Shown here in pieces: positions 28,851 through 40,715 of a stretch of DNA of 64,000 nt (the stretch's first letter is position 1; the number at the start of each line of letters is the position of its first letter). The translations under genes and the position numbers were made by a program. The notes under the pieces were generated by a model. The model was given only the letters and a program-made list of their open reading frames with translations. It did no database searches and was not told where the DNA came from. Source of the DNA: Amphiscolops sp. MND2022 (Eukaryota); contig OZ076419.1 of NCBI GenBank assembly GCA_964187785.1, positions 1,984,001 through 2,048,000 on the forward strand, in the 5' to 3' direction.

Positions 28851-31800
28851 TCATTCGGGAATGGGGAGAACGGGAGCGAGCTTGACAACTGGGCGAACAA
28901 GGTTTCCAGTCGAGGTTTTGACTTCAGCTGAACGGGCGATGGCATCGGCGCCGTAATTTAACTTCACTACGCGACCAAGTGGGTAGTGTCCTCTTGGTGC
29001 GGTTGGTTCTACTAACCAGACGAGGTCTCCGGTTTTTAGGTTTCGGTCTGAAGACTTGGACCATTTCGAGCGTCGGTTGAGGTTTGGAACGTACTCCTTG
29101 AGCCAGCGATTCCAAATTGCGTCTGAATACGCTTGAGCTCGAACGTATCGCTTTCGATGGTCTCTTTCGGGGCGGAAGTGTGATGGCAAGGCTGAACTAG
29201 CAGTTCCCAGTAGAAAGTGGTTTGGTGTAAGAATGTCGAGGTCAGTAGCTTCAGGACTAACGGGAGTGATTGGACGAGCATTGAGACATTGTTCCACCAA
29301 GCAGAACGTTGTCGTCAAGATTTCGTCTGTCAAACGGCGGTTTCCCAAGATGGCATAGAAAACGTGCTTGAAGCTACGAACTAGGCGTTCCCAAACACCT
29401 CCGTGATGGGGAGCACTTGGTGGGTTAAACTTCCACTTTATGCCTTTCTTTACAAGTGTTTCTCCGAGGACTTGCTGGTTCCAGTTGTTGATGTTGGACA
29501 AAAGTTCTTTCTCGCTAGCAACGAAGTTTGTTCCATTGTCGGACCAGATTACTGATGGGATTCCACGACGAGCGCAAAATCTTTCTATTCCCATCACACA
29601 GCTACTGGTGTCCATGCTAGGAACTACTTCAGCGTGGAACTGGACAGCGCGAGTGGTGAGACATGTGAAAAGGAATCCCCAACGTTTTTCAGTGGACCGC
29701 CTCACGGTTACAAAGAAGGGTCCGAAATAGTCTACACCTGTGTTCGAGAAAGGGGGTTCTTTGAAAGCAAGTCTTTCTCGCGGGAGGTCCGCCATTACTG
29801 GTGTAACAGTTTCAGCTCTTCGCTTGCGACATGTGACACACCTAGAAACTATTGTTCTCAAGGTTGCTCGAAGTTTGACCACAGCAAGACGTTGCTGTAT
29901 CAAAGCACGGAGGTAGTCAACACCTTGATGGCAATGTTGAACGTGTGTGTGTTCTAACAAGAGTCGAACCAAGGGATGTCTGGCGTCCAACAGGATGGGA
30001 TGTTTCACATCGAAGGTTGCAACGTCAAATTTTTTTGTTAGACCAGAAGCTCTTAGGAGCCCGTTGGGTCCTATGAAGGGAGAAAATTGGGCAAGTTTGG
30101 AAGTTTTACTGAGCCGGGTTGAATTCAGCAAACTACTTTTTTCAACGTGGAATGATTCCGCCTGACTCAGGTAGAAGAGACGTTGTTCGGCATTTTCAAG
30201 TTCTGCCGGATCCACAATGGCGCCTGTGATAGTCCTGTAGTCTCTGTTCTTTGGTAAGAGCCGGAAAAATCTAGGCTGCAATGCGCAGGAGTTTCTCGTA
30301 TGAGCAAAACTTCTGCCACTCGAACGTTTTTGCAATTGCAACTTGGGTTTCGCACAGCATTGAAGAAGATTTAGGAACTAGTTCGTCAGTCGGGTCCGGT
30401 TTTACTTGCTTCAGTTTCTGTCGGAAGTCTTCGGAAGGCTTGAAGGGCCATTCATCTGTTTTCAGGAATTCGGGGCCATTTAACCAACTACTTTGCAGAA
30501 GAGTCTTGGCAGACAAACCTCTAGTTCCGGCGTCAGCAGGGTTGTCGGCGGATTGCACGTGGTACCACTCATCTGTAGTTGTCAGTTCGAGTATCTTCGC
30601 AGCACGGTTTGCTACGAACACCGGCTGTTTCTCAAAAGAATGTAGCCACTGAAGGACCGTAGTACTGTCAGTCCACATAAATGTTCGATCAATCTGCAAA
30701 GTGAGCGCGCGTTGCACTTCGTACCTCAATCTCGCAGCGAGTAACGCGGCCTGTAGTTCGAGTTTGGGAATGGTAAGTGCTTTCATTGGCGCAACTCGTG
30801 CTTTGCCAAACACAAAGGCTATTTCGGTAGAACAACCATTTCCAGTGTTGATTTTCCCTCTGAGGAACGCTACGGCACTAAAGACATCTTGCGAACTGTC
30901 ACCAAACATATGTAACTCCAAACACTCGACATTTTGTTGGAAGTAACTCCTCGGAATCACAAGTTCACTAAGAGTTCCCAGTTCAGAACTCCAGTCCAGA
31001 AACTTGGTTACAAGGTCATCCGGGAGAAGGTCATCCCATTTCTGGCCGCTCAGTCTCCATATGTCTTTTAGCAGAAGTCGGACTTTCACGGTATACGGGG
31101 CTACGAGCCCGATAGGGTCGTAGACGGCGGAGACGAGGCTGAGGATAACTCGTTGAGTAACAGTTCGATTTGTGTCAGGAGTGGTGCCTCGGCTAACAAC
31201 AAGTGTATCTGAGTCGTGGTTCCATTTGAGGCCAAGTACGTGTGATGATTCCTCAGTTGTCGGTAACTGTTTGCCATCGTTGGGTTGACACTCAGAGTTT
31301 GGTTCGATTTGTTGCAAGATGTTTTGGTCTTTAGACACAAACTTCGTTAAGTTGAATCCACCCAGCGAAAGCAATTTCACTAAGTCTTTGGCTTTCTGGG
31401 TAGCTTCGTCGACAGTGGGACTAGACTAGAGGTAGTCGTCCATGTAGAAATTCGTCTGCACGCTTTGAGCGGCTTTCGGAAATTTGTCGGCATTGTCTGT
31501 TGCGGTCCTTTTCAAAGCGTAATTTGCGCAAGTCGGAAAGTCCTTCGACCCAAAGATGTGTCTTACGTACTGAAAAACAGCAACTTCAGTTGATGGATCC
31601 TCCCGCCACAAAAAACGAATGGACGGTTGGTCTTTCGGTATAACTCCCACTTGTAAGAACATACCTTCAATGTCAGCGGACACGGCCTTGGGGAATTGAC
31701 GGAATCTGAAGAGGATATGGATCAAACTTTGCAGTAGATCTGGACCGGTTAGAAGGGCGTTGTTCAAAGAGTGTCCATGGAACTTTGCAGCGCCATTGAG

Positions 31801-34800
31801 AACTCTTCTCACTTTGCCAGGTTTGTGCGGGTGTACTACGGGGTGATGTGGCAAGTACCACTCACGACGGTTTTCGGTACGGAAACATTCAGACTTATCG
31901 ACTCGAACGATATACCGTTTTTTGAAGTCCGCTCTGATTGTCTTGCTGTAACTCTCTTTCAGTTGAGGATCTTTTCCGAGGCGACGTTCTAACGACTTAA
32001 GTTGTACAAGAGCCGAGAAGTAGTTGTTCGGCAACGTACTTTCTTCATCGGCCCACAACATTCCAACTTGGTAACGGCAGCCATCGTTGAATGTCGTCTC
32101 ATCGAGGATTTTCATCGCTCGCGCATCGGCTGCGGAGCGAGAGTCAACTTGTTTGTAGGCACCATATGACTCAATGTCGTACCAGCTGCGAAGTTGTTCG
32201 GCAAGAATAGAATCGTTCTCTGTGTTAGCGACAGCTTTGAAACAAGTCGACAAAAGACCCCTGGTGGAAGGAAGTGGACCACTCAGTACCCAACCTACCG
32301 GTGAACGGACGGCTATTGGAGTATTCGGACGGTCGGCTTCGAAGTACTCCAATGGGCGGATACAGTGGAAGACATCCTGACCAAGGATCATCTCAACGTC
32401 TGAATAGCTGTACTTGCTGAGGGGGATCGGTTCTAGATGCGGGTAAGTCGTTTTCAGTTTGTCAACGTCGATAATGTCGTTTCCAACTTTCAAATCGTCT
32501 CGAACGTAAGGAGTGACAGGAAAAGCTGAACAAGAGCCACTCGAATGAACGGGCGTCAACTTAAGCTCAACCGTTTCCGTGTCAATCAGTTGTTGGGAGT
32601 TTATCCCATGTACGGTTAACTTGGTTGCTGAGCCTTTAACTTGTAGTTTGTCGGCTAATCTTCTCGAGATCCATGAATGACTACAAGCTGAGTCACATAG
32701 AGCAAGAATTTTAGCAGAGCTCGACGGTGATGTCAATTCGACTTCTGTTATTTGCAACAAGCCTTTGACGCCGGTTACGGAAGGCATGCCGGAGCTTTCG
32801 CTGCCAGTTTGTCTCTGACTGACCTTTGTCGTTTTACTTTGAGAATTTTTCGCGTCGCCGGGACTTTTCGGTGGGAAAGTTCTGTCGGACCCAGGAAGTA
32901 AGGTGTTATGAGAGCTGCTACAGCCGTCTTTTGCGCATTTTTTTGGTTGCGGGCATTGCCGGAATGAATGTCCTTCGTTTAGGCAAGAAAAGCAAAGTTT
33001 GCTCTCAGCGGCTAGCTTGGTTCTCTCTGTCGGAGTTTTTTGGCGAAACACTCTACAACGCCAAAGCGGGTGACTGTCCTTGCAAGCTACACATTGTTTC
33101 TCACTTTTAACCTTGGTAACAGCGTTCCCTTGGTTACTGGTGGTCGCTGCGAAAACCTTGGTTCCTGTTTTTGTCTTGGTTACGGTAGTGACAGGAACTT
33201 CTTCGGATCTTGGTTTACTGGAGGCGGCTTTCATTCTTTCGTGGGCCTCCGCCTTCTCCTTTAGCCAATCGTTAAAGTGAATCAAAGTCGGCCGATCCAG
33301 ATTCCGTTTGACGGTGTTCATCGACCACGCTTCCTTCAAATTTGGTGGAAGTTTTTGAACCGCTTGGCCCAGTAGAGAAGCACTCGACAGATCCTGCAGG
33401 TAGTTCAAGGATCTGAAAACACCAACCAACGAGGAAACTGTGGCAGAATAGCTGATGATACTGTCGCTATTGTGCATCTTTACTAGCGGATAGTTGGCAA
33501 GTTTGTCGAGGTAGGCACTAACAACAGTCTGAGGTTGCCCAAACTTTCGTTCCAACGTTTTCAGCGCTTCTTTGTACATAGTACCGCAGTAAGCGAACTC
33601 GGCGATAGCAGTTTTCGCCTTACCGGACACCAGTGTCTTCAAGTAGGTCAGTTTCACGTCATCGGTAAGGGGTGCCGAATCGATGGCACTCTTGAACTGG
33701 CCAAATCACTCGTGCCATTGAAGTGGATCTCCGCTATACTGGGCCAGTTTCCATTCAAGGAGGTGATCCCTCTTCGAGGATGCTAACAGTTGCGCAAGAT
33801 CTTGGATGATGAAACTGGTAGTAGCAGGTTGCGGTACATTGACGAACGGAGGAGTTGCCAATGGTGTTGCTGTTGAAGGAACGGCCGGGAAAGTAGTCGG
33901 TACGGGTGCGCTGCTCGGTGTGGGCACGGTTGCAAGAGAAGTCGGGTTAATATAGTATACGGTTCCTCCAGCGGTGACTGGAATAATAGACGAAGCTGTT
34001 GGGGCGAAACTAGTAGCCGGCAAAACTGTCGGAAACACAGTGGCGCTCGAAGTTACGGGAGTTACTGTCACGGGCGGGTTCCTTGGTCCTGTCGGAAACG
34101 TCCAGGCTGATAAATTCGGACGAAAATGGTGTGCGGGAACGGGGACTGTTGAAAGTGGAAATGACGTGGCGGTCGTCAGAGGGGCTGATACTGTAGCAGT
34201 TACCGACGCAGCATTTGTTCCCTGAGACGTTGTGGTCGATTGGGGAACTTGAGCCGGGCCAGTAGATGGTAGGTAAATTATTGAACCTTGTCCCGTAGCT
34301 AGTGGTATGTTGGTGATCGTTGGTGCGGCTGGAGGGGCGATAGGAGTCGGAGTCACTACCGGGACACTAGGTGGAAGGTTAGTTGTGGGGGCTCCTCTGT
34401 TGACTGAATTTTGTGCTGCAGTAGTTACGATAACGGCGTTCGGTTCCAAAATAAAGGGGTTTGTGGGATCACTTGCAGTAGCAACGGGTGAATTGTTAAC
34501 CCACTCGCTGACTCGGACAGTATCGTCAGCTTTAGTCGAAGCCGCTAGTTGTGAAACTGTGTCTAGAAACTCCGATTGAGAGTCTGACAAGTCCTCAGTC
34601 AATTCAAGATCGGTGAGTGTTGCTTCAGCTAGTTTCTTTCGATTTTCTTCTTCTAACTGTTCAACTCGAAGTGCTTGTTCTTTCTTAAGTCTGTCGGTCC
34701 TCAGTCTAAGTTGTTCTTGTTCTTCCTGTAGACGTTCAAGTTCCAGTTCCTGCTGTTGCTTTGCACTTCTAAGGGCGGCTTCGTTTTGCCTTTCTATCTC

Positions 34801-35303
34801 CTCCTTACGTTGCTTGGCAATCAACAAGTCCCTTTGTCGTTGACTGGAGGTTCTCGATTGTCTGGATGTCCTTGTGGTAGACGTTTTGCTTGGTTGCTTG
34901 CTCTTGGTGACAGTCGTTGACGATTGAGATGCTCCATCGACTAGTGGGCATTGATCGATGTAATCGCGAGCCTTCTTTAAAATCTCATCGTTTCGAGTGG
35001 TCACTTCATTCAACCAAGTTTCCAAATCTTGTTTAACAAGTGATGGGTCTTCTGTTTTGCCAGCGAGTTCGAAAGTTGTTCATGTTTGGCAAACAGTTTC
35101 GTCATCGCTTCGTCGCAGGAAGTAACAAGTCTTTCGACGCGGACACGTCTATCTTTGTTCTCCACGGCATCTTGAACTTTTTCTTGAAACCTTTGTAACT
35201 CGGTCTCAGCTTTGGCACGACTTTGTCTTGTCTGGTGTCGGTCATCTTTGTCGTGATCTTTTGTTAGAAATGAATCAAGGTAGTAAGGAAAGTGTAAAAT
35301 CAA
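28851..35303 (-). pseudogene. BEL/Pao gag-pol polyprotein with a few disabling lesions
   Basis: Coiled-coil Gag, DUF1759-like YSGDPLQW..F, Cys-His knuckles (CVAC..H, CFSC..H..C), protease ALCDSACSHSWI, RT YMDD, RNase H LHMFGDSS..IPKLELQAA, integrase HHC..C, GVDYFGP, SDNGTNF, GVWERLV. In-frame stops at 33706-33708 and 31426-31428; frameshifts near 35050 and 30280. Confidence 0.93.
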
Positions 35304-35590
35304 ATAGATCGAGGAGTAACTTCTTCGACAGCGTCAACCAAGCAATTAAGCTTAGACACAGCTGAACGGATAAATTTCGCGTTAACGGTAACGGTGTGTT
35401 TTGGATGATGGGAGCTGTATCTCACAATAACAACGGTAGAGTAGTTTTGCGATTTTTTGTTTCTTAAAAGTAATTACTAGACACAGGAAGAAGTTACATG
35501 GGACGAGACGATGATTTAAAAACACGCTCTTCCCGAAAGGACAATGGTTCGTCCAATATTATGTGCCTAAGGGGCGGAAGAATGCCGAAA

Positions 35591-35751
35591 GAACTTCAAC
35601 CAGACAATTAAGTCTGGACACTGTCCAAACGGTAGGAAGAAAGACGGGGAGTAGACTTCTGAGTATCAACCGGACAATTAAGTCCGGACACAACTCAAGA
35701 AGGCGGGTAGACTACTGTGGGAACTTCAACCGGACAATGAAGTCCGGACAC
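35591..35751. repeat. Three ~31-bp repeats, each with a 6-bp-stem hairpin CC(A/G)GAC-AAT(T/G)AA-GTC(T/C)GG
   Basis: Hairpins at 35600-35617, 35670-35687 and 35730-35747, between the extra ORF and gag. Confidence 0.85.
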
Positions 35752-35787
35752 CGTAACTACAGTACAGTAAAGACGGATGGAGGGGGT

Positions 35788-36406
35788 CTAGGACGAAGCA
35801 GCGACGGCCTCTGCACTCTTGATTGCCTTTCGGGCGCGCTTACTAGGCCGCTTGGGGCGGCTTTTGTCGGTGATAGCTTCAAGCTCGCTCTCTTTTCTCA
35901 GAATAAAGTCAATATGCTTTATTTCAATCTCGGTGCTCTGGTGTAATGCCTTGAGTTTTTTAAGAAAGTCGGGATCTTTCTGTTTTCTCGTGGAAATGAA
36001 ATCATCAACGATACTGAACACTTTAATGTTGGTGGTTTTTTCAATTTCCTTCAATTTCGGTAAAATGTTCGGGGTACGGAATCGGTGGCAATACGCTAGA
36101 GCCCGGAGTTTGTTTTCGAAAGATTTCAAAATATCTAGCAATTGGGGAACGGATAATGCTCGGTAATTATTGCTCTCGTGTTTAGAAATGCTATTATTTA
36201 ACACATCATGACAAACAATGATGTCAGTTTTTTCGGCAACATCTTTAGAGAGCAAGTTTTGCACGATTTTTCGGGGATTTTTTGTGTTAGGGTAAAGGCT
36301 CAGACCCGGAACAGAGTAAATTTTTTTCGTTATATGTTTTTCGGATTTCGGGGGTTAATGTTTCGAGAGCATGATGAACAGAACTTCCCGCAACAATGAA
36401 TACCAT
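35788..36406 (-). CDS. Extra ORF upstream of gag, SGNH/GDSL-hydrolase-like (~205 aa after correcting one +1 frameshift in the A7 run at 36321-36327)
   Basis: MVFIVAGSSVHHAL..YSVPGL..IIVCHDVLNN..KALHQS: S, G, N and H at the spacing of SGNH blocks I, II, III and V. Basic C-terminal tail RPKRPSKRARK. Confidence 0.55.
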
Positions 36407-37285
36407 TAGTGTTTTTTTCAACAAACCGAAAAGCAAAATCGCACTAAGAAAGGGAGTTTTTTTGGTGATGATACGTGATAAGCAAATTAAGTCATACCAA
36501 TGATTTTTTTTCAGAGGAAAGGATCGACGTTCGAAAGGTCCTTTTTCCGTCGGTATTACTTTACCTGAACTACACGGGGACTAATTTGGCAATAATGACT
36601 TCAGTACATATAAAGGCTTGCTATATACGAAGCACAAGTACAAAATCGAAATCTAGTACAAGGATTTTTAGTTAAGTGTGATGATTACATAACCAGTTTT
36701 GTAGTGGAGAGTTTGGAGGACATTTTCGGGGATTTGGGAGGCGCCTTCGCGTGTCAGGTGTCACGACTCACCGTCTTCTCCTCTTGGATTCTCACTCAGT
36801 GTTCGGGTTATCTGTGTGCCTGCAAACTGTCTGTGAGCAAATAGGTGAGCTTGCTCCCTGTCAGGGATGTTGCTATTCTTCTGCCGGCGTCACGTAGATT
36901 TGAAATGCAAATACTTAGTGCCAACAGGCTCGTGATAATGTTCGTTTTCTCTGCGAAGTTTCTTTCCCCTGTTTGGATCACTTTCTCATTTCCACTTTGA
37001 GATTGGCAAACGTACAGGCATGTTCACAACTATTCGTTGATTTACGTGGGCTGCTCTACTTGCGATGTTGTAGGGGAGATTGACAAACACATATGGCGGG
37101 AAGAATTTGTCGATGAGATAATGACTTTTACCAAAAGGAGTCCATCGTTAGTTGAGCTGAGACATTGAACACATCAAGCGGCCATTCACATTAATTTGTC
37201 CAGTGAATCCAGGAAGCTGAATATTTATTGCAGGCTTTGATAAGTATTCGGAATCTGTTAATATTCAGTGTCGAGCCTCTCGGGT

Positions 37286-37301
37286 CTCTCTATGGCCACC
37301 A
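37286..37301 (-). promoter_or_regulatory. Primer-binding site TGGTGGCCATAG...
   Basis: Abuts the 5' LTR. The first 8 nt are complementary to a tRNA ending GGCCACCA, consistent with tRNA-Ile(AAU); the tRNA assignment is inferred. Confidence 0.7.
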
Positions 37302-37646
37302 TGAAAATAACTATAAAATATTCGGCCTCTCTACAGATCGTTTTGAGGGTTAATAAAAATCAATTGAATATGGCTATATACGGTCGTATGGGTTCCAAAT
37401 CCTTCGGATAATACAAATGAAACATCCAAAAGATCAGTATAATATTTGTCAATAATCAAATTAACATAAAGAGTAGCATCAGGATGGTAAACATTTGCAA
37501 ACAATATTTCGTAGCAAGACCTTTTTCGTATTCGAATATTCAATTACTTTTTACGATCATCGAATGTTCTAGAATATTCCAATTATATTTCCAAAACACG
37601 CAAATGAGTGACGTCTATTTGCTTTTAATCTTATTGCTTGTCAACA
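37302..37646 (-). repeat. 5' LTR (345 bp)
   Basis: Direct repeat of 28316-28680, immediately followed on the minus strand by a TGG-starting PBS. Confidence 0.95.
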
Positions 37647-37671
37647 TGCAGTTTTGGCAGAATTTGTAATA

Positions 37672-38195
37672 AACAAGACGAGCACGTCTAAAGTCGGCGC
37701 CATATCTAAGGCTCAAAAAGTGCAAAACATTTTTTTGGAAAAATCTTGTAATTTTTGAAAAAAAAATCTTTCAAGAAAAGTCGCATAGTGCCAAAAAGTG
37801 TAGAAGGGGGGACCCTTTGGGATTGATTAACGTACATTCCCCGTAGAAGGGGGGACCCTTTGGGATTGATTAACGTACATTCCCCGTAGAAGGGGGGCCC
37901 TTTGGGATTGATTAACGTGCATTAAAGTTGCAAAATATGAGAAAACTCGAAGGGGGGACCCTTTTGAGACATTAAAATTTTTTTTCGAAAAAAAGTCTCA
38001 CAGAGCCGAAAATACTCTAAGGAGGGCGTACCCTTTGGTCCCTTTGAGTTTCTTAGATGATGTAAAAATACTACTTCGCAAGCTTTTGCGCCAGTATTTC
38101 AAATTTGCTAAGGAAGAATTGTAAGATTTTAAGATTGTAAGAAAAGTGGACTGTGTGAGGATTGTAGTCTAGTCGCCGACTAAAAAACGCAACAC
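37672..38195. repeat. MITE-like family copy containing a 3 x 43-bp tandem array (37800-37923)
   Basis: Starts AACAAGACGAGCACGTCTAAAGTCGGCGCCATATCTAAGGCTC; GTAGAAGGGGGGACCCTTTGGGATTGATTAACGTACATTCCCC occurs three times. Confidence 0.8.
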
Positions 38196-39779
38196 AGATT
38201 ATGATTTTCCTCCCCCTAGACAATAAATTTCTATAGACTGTTCTAGACTCTCTTCCCAATTTCGCAATTGTTGTGAATGAATGGTAAAGCGCATTTTTTT
38301 TTACTATTCAGCCTTCTTGTTGGTTCAAAGGTGTTAACCCCATCATGCTCGCAAAGGGTCTTTTAATGATGGATGCGCGCCAAACTGTGAAGAGGACTTT
38401 ACATGCATTTAAATTGCAAAATATGACAAAATGTAGGGATTTCGAAACCGATGAATTATTATGAGTTGATGATGATTTAAGGGGTTGATGATTTAGAGAA
38501 GGGTGGAGTTCATCCTTTAAACGTGTATTTTCAGTAGTCGTGTGTTCATGTTCATTTCAAGTTTGAAAAACCGATGTGGAAAGAATGAATGAATTTCATC
38601 GTTGTGTATCATCTTCATTTTACTGATTTACTGATGCAAAAAAGATGTACGATCTCGTCACTTTTACCCATTTACGATCACATTGACGATGGAAAAACGA
38701 TCGTCATCTTTACATTGCTCAAAAATAGCTCGTTTTCCAAGCGATGAAAGAATAATGGCTGAGTTCCATTGTTTTTACAACGTGATTAGTTCAGGGCGAG
38801 ACTTCATCGTTCAAACAACGAGAAGCAGATTCAGATTGTTTTCAGGCCTCAAGTAACGACACTTCACTTTGGGGCTTAGTTAGCTGTCGTGTTACATTTC
38901 CCAGCATTGTTTTATCTTTTTTCAAACATCGCTGGTTCAAGTGTTTTACATATTCGTGACTTGATTTCTATTTGGTTTTGTTACGAATTGTACAAACATT
39001 TCATGCGCGGTATTGATTCGGGAGGCTCATAATAATGAATATAACAGATCTCACACATCTTACACACAGGGGAAAAGGAATATAAATAAAAATTTTAGTT
39101 ATTGACAACCATGGACAAGTAGTTTTCTTTTCTTTTTTTTTAAGACCAACAAGATGACAGATTTTATAAGCTTCCACTAACTGCCACACTAAACTGGTAA
39201 CTTCTACTGCCACTTGGCATGGACTCGGAGGTTAATCAGGATTCTTTTAGTTCTAGAAAGCAGAAGGACGTGGGTTCGAGTCTCGCTCTTGACCAATTTT
39301 TTTGTGCATGTTGTTTTGGTTCTGTAAAACTTTTTTTGCAAATTTTTTAATGTCTCCAAAGGGACCCGTTCATTTTTTTGATATTTTGCAACAGAATGGA
39401 CAAAAAATCCCAGAGGGTACCCCCTTTCATATTTCTTGGGCACTGTGAATTGGAAACAAAAAATTTTTGGTCTCTCTGCAGGATGCGAAGCCACTCCTTC
39501 TGCTCGAAACCTCACATTCTATGCACTAGGAAAATTAGCAACTTTCCAACATTAGCTTTTACTTTTGAGCAGGAATGGTTGGAAACAAACTTGGGAGTAA
39601 TATGGAACCAAGTAAAACGAAAAACAAAACCTTTCTCTATCATCAGATGAGTAAATATCTCACTTTGATAAAAAAATCAGCACACTAAAATCTTGAGAAT
39701 ATATAAAAATGTCTTTTATTTGCTACATTTTTCATTTTTGATTGTTGGAAATGTATTCGAAATTATAGCTCCATTCTTT

Positions 39780-40715
39780 TCATGAAACACGTTGGCACAC
39801 TGCTTTGCAGTTATGAACATTTGGCGGATTATCATGTAAGTAATCGATTTTGTTTTCACTCCAAGTTTTCCAACCTTTCACGTAGCCCTCGTTCCCGCGG
39901 CTATTATCCGGTTGACTACCCTGAGATCCCCACACTAGGAGATCATCGTCAATTTTATCGCCCACGGGTGTCACCCATTTATTCGCAGCCCAGTCCTTCT
40001 GAATACCCGTCCAAAAGCAACGAAGCGGTTCGAGTTTGAAGTAGAAAAAATCGAGCTGCTCTTTTGTCCCATTAACACCATAAAAAAGCTCCCCTCCCCA
40101 AGCAAGGCATTTTTCCCTAGATTCCGGGAAAAAACTTTCTTCGTGAACAAACTTGTACCACTCCAAAACTTTTGTTTCATTCGCTGAACAGTGCTCAATT
40201 CCACCGTGCGCCGCTAGATGGCACTGTTTTACTTCTGTTCTTTTCCATTCATCAGCTGTGTTGACCTCAAGAGCTTCTTCGAATTTTTCCTCCAATTTAG
40301 CATCCATTCGTTTTCGGTTTATTTTACAGAAACCAGGCGATGAATCTTCTCGGATGTCTTTTTCAGCTCCCATTTCGGAACATTTCACTTTTTGGTTCCG
40401 TCTCATGCCGTAATATGCGCAATTTTGATGTTCTTCCAATGAAACATTCGTGGAAAAGAGGTCCAACGGATTCAACTCGCACGTTTTTGGTCGTCCTGGA
40501 CAAAGTGTGAATGAAATACACAAAGGGTGTTTGGAACATTGCAATGCACACGGTGTTACTCCATTGACTTGTAGCGCTTCAAGCGTGTTCGGGTCTCTAA
40601 GTTTTTTTGCTTCGATGTAATGGTCAAAGGGGATATTGCGATGAGCTTTGGTTGTCAGGAGGGTCAAGCATCCAGGGAATCCGAAAATGATGAATGCCAG
40701 TAGAACAAAAAACAT
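39780..40715 (-). CDS. Secreted PAN/Apple + C-type lectin-like domain protein, single exon, 311 aa
   Basis: Hydrophobic N-terminus; CALQCSKHPLCISF...CELN (Apple); EKCLAWGGEL, FWTGI, QPDN and AVCQ (CTLD). Confidence 0.8.
   Translation of the reverse strand: MFFVLLAFIIFGFPGCLTLLTTKAHRNIPFDHYIEAKKLRDPNTLEALQVNGVTPCALQCSKHPLCISFTLCPGRPKTCELNPLDLFSTNVSLEEHQNCAYYGMRRNQKVKCSEMGAEKDIREDSSPGFCKINRKRMDAKLEEKFEEALEVNTADEWKRTEVKQCHLAAHGGIEHCSANETKVLEWYKFVHEESFFPESREKCLAWGGELFYGVNGTKEQLDFFYFKLEPLRCFWTGIQKDWAANKWVTPVGDKIDDDLLVWGSQGSQPDNSRGNEGYVKGWKTWSENKIDYLHDNPPNVHNCKAVCQRVS

Larger units (their letters stand above)
28316..37646 (-). mobile_element. Full-length BEL/Pao LTR retrotransposon (9331 bp), recently inactivated
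   Basis: TG...CA LTRs; 5-bp TSD TGCAG at 28311-28315 and 37647-37651; domain order gag-PR-RT-RNaseH-IN with BEL/Pao motifs. Confidence 0.96.

Noticed and set aside
29036-34843. Plus-strand ORFs over the BEL element
   Set aside because: Antisense shadows of gag-pol with no independent motifs.
35591-35751. CRISPR-like array (palindromic repeats with spacers)
   Set aside because: Only three units, spacers partly similar to each other, no cas genes, and it lies inside a eukaryotic LTR element.
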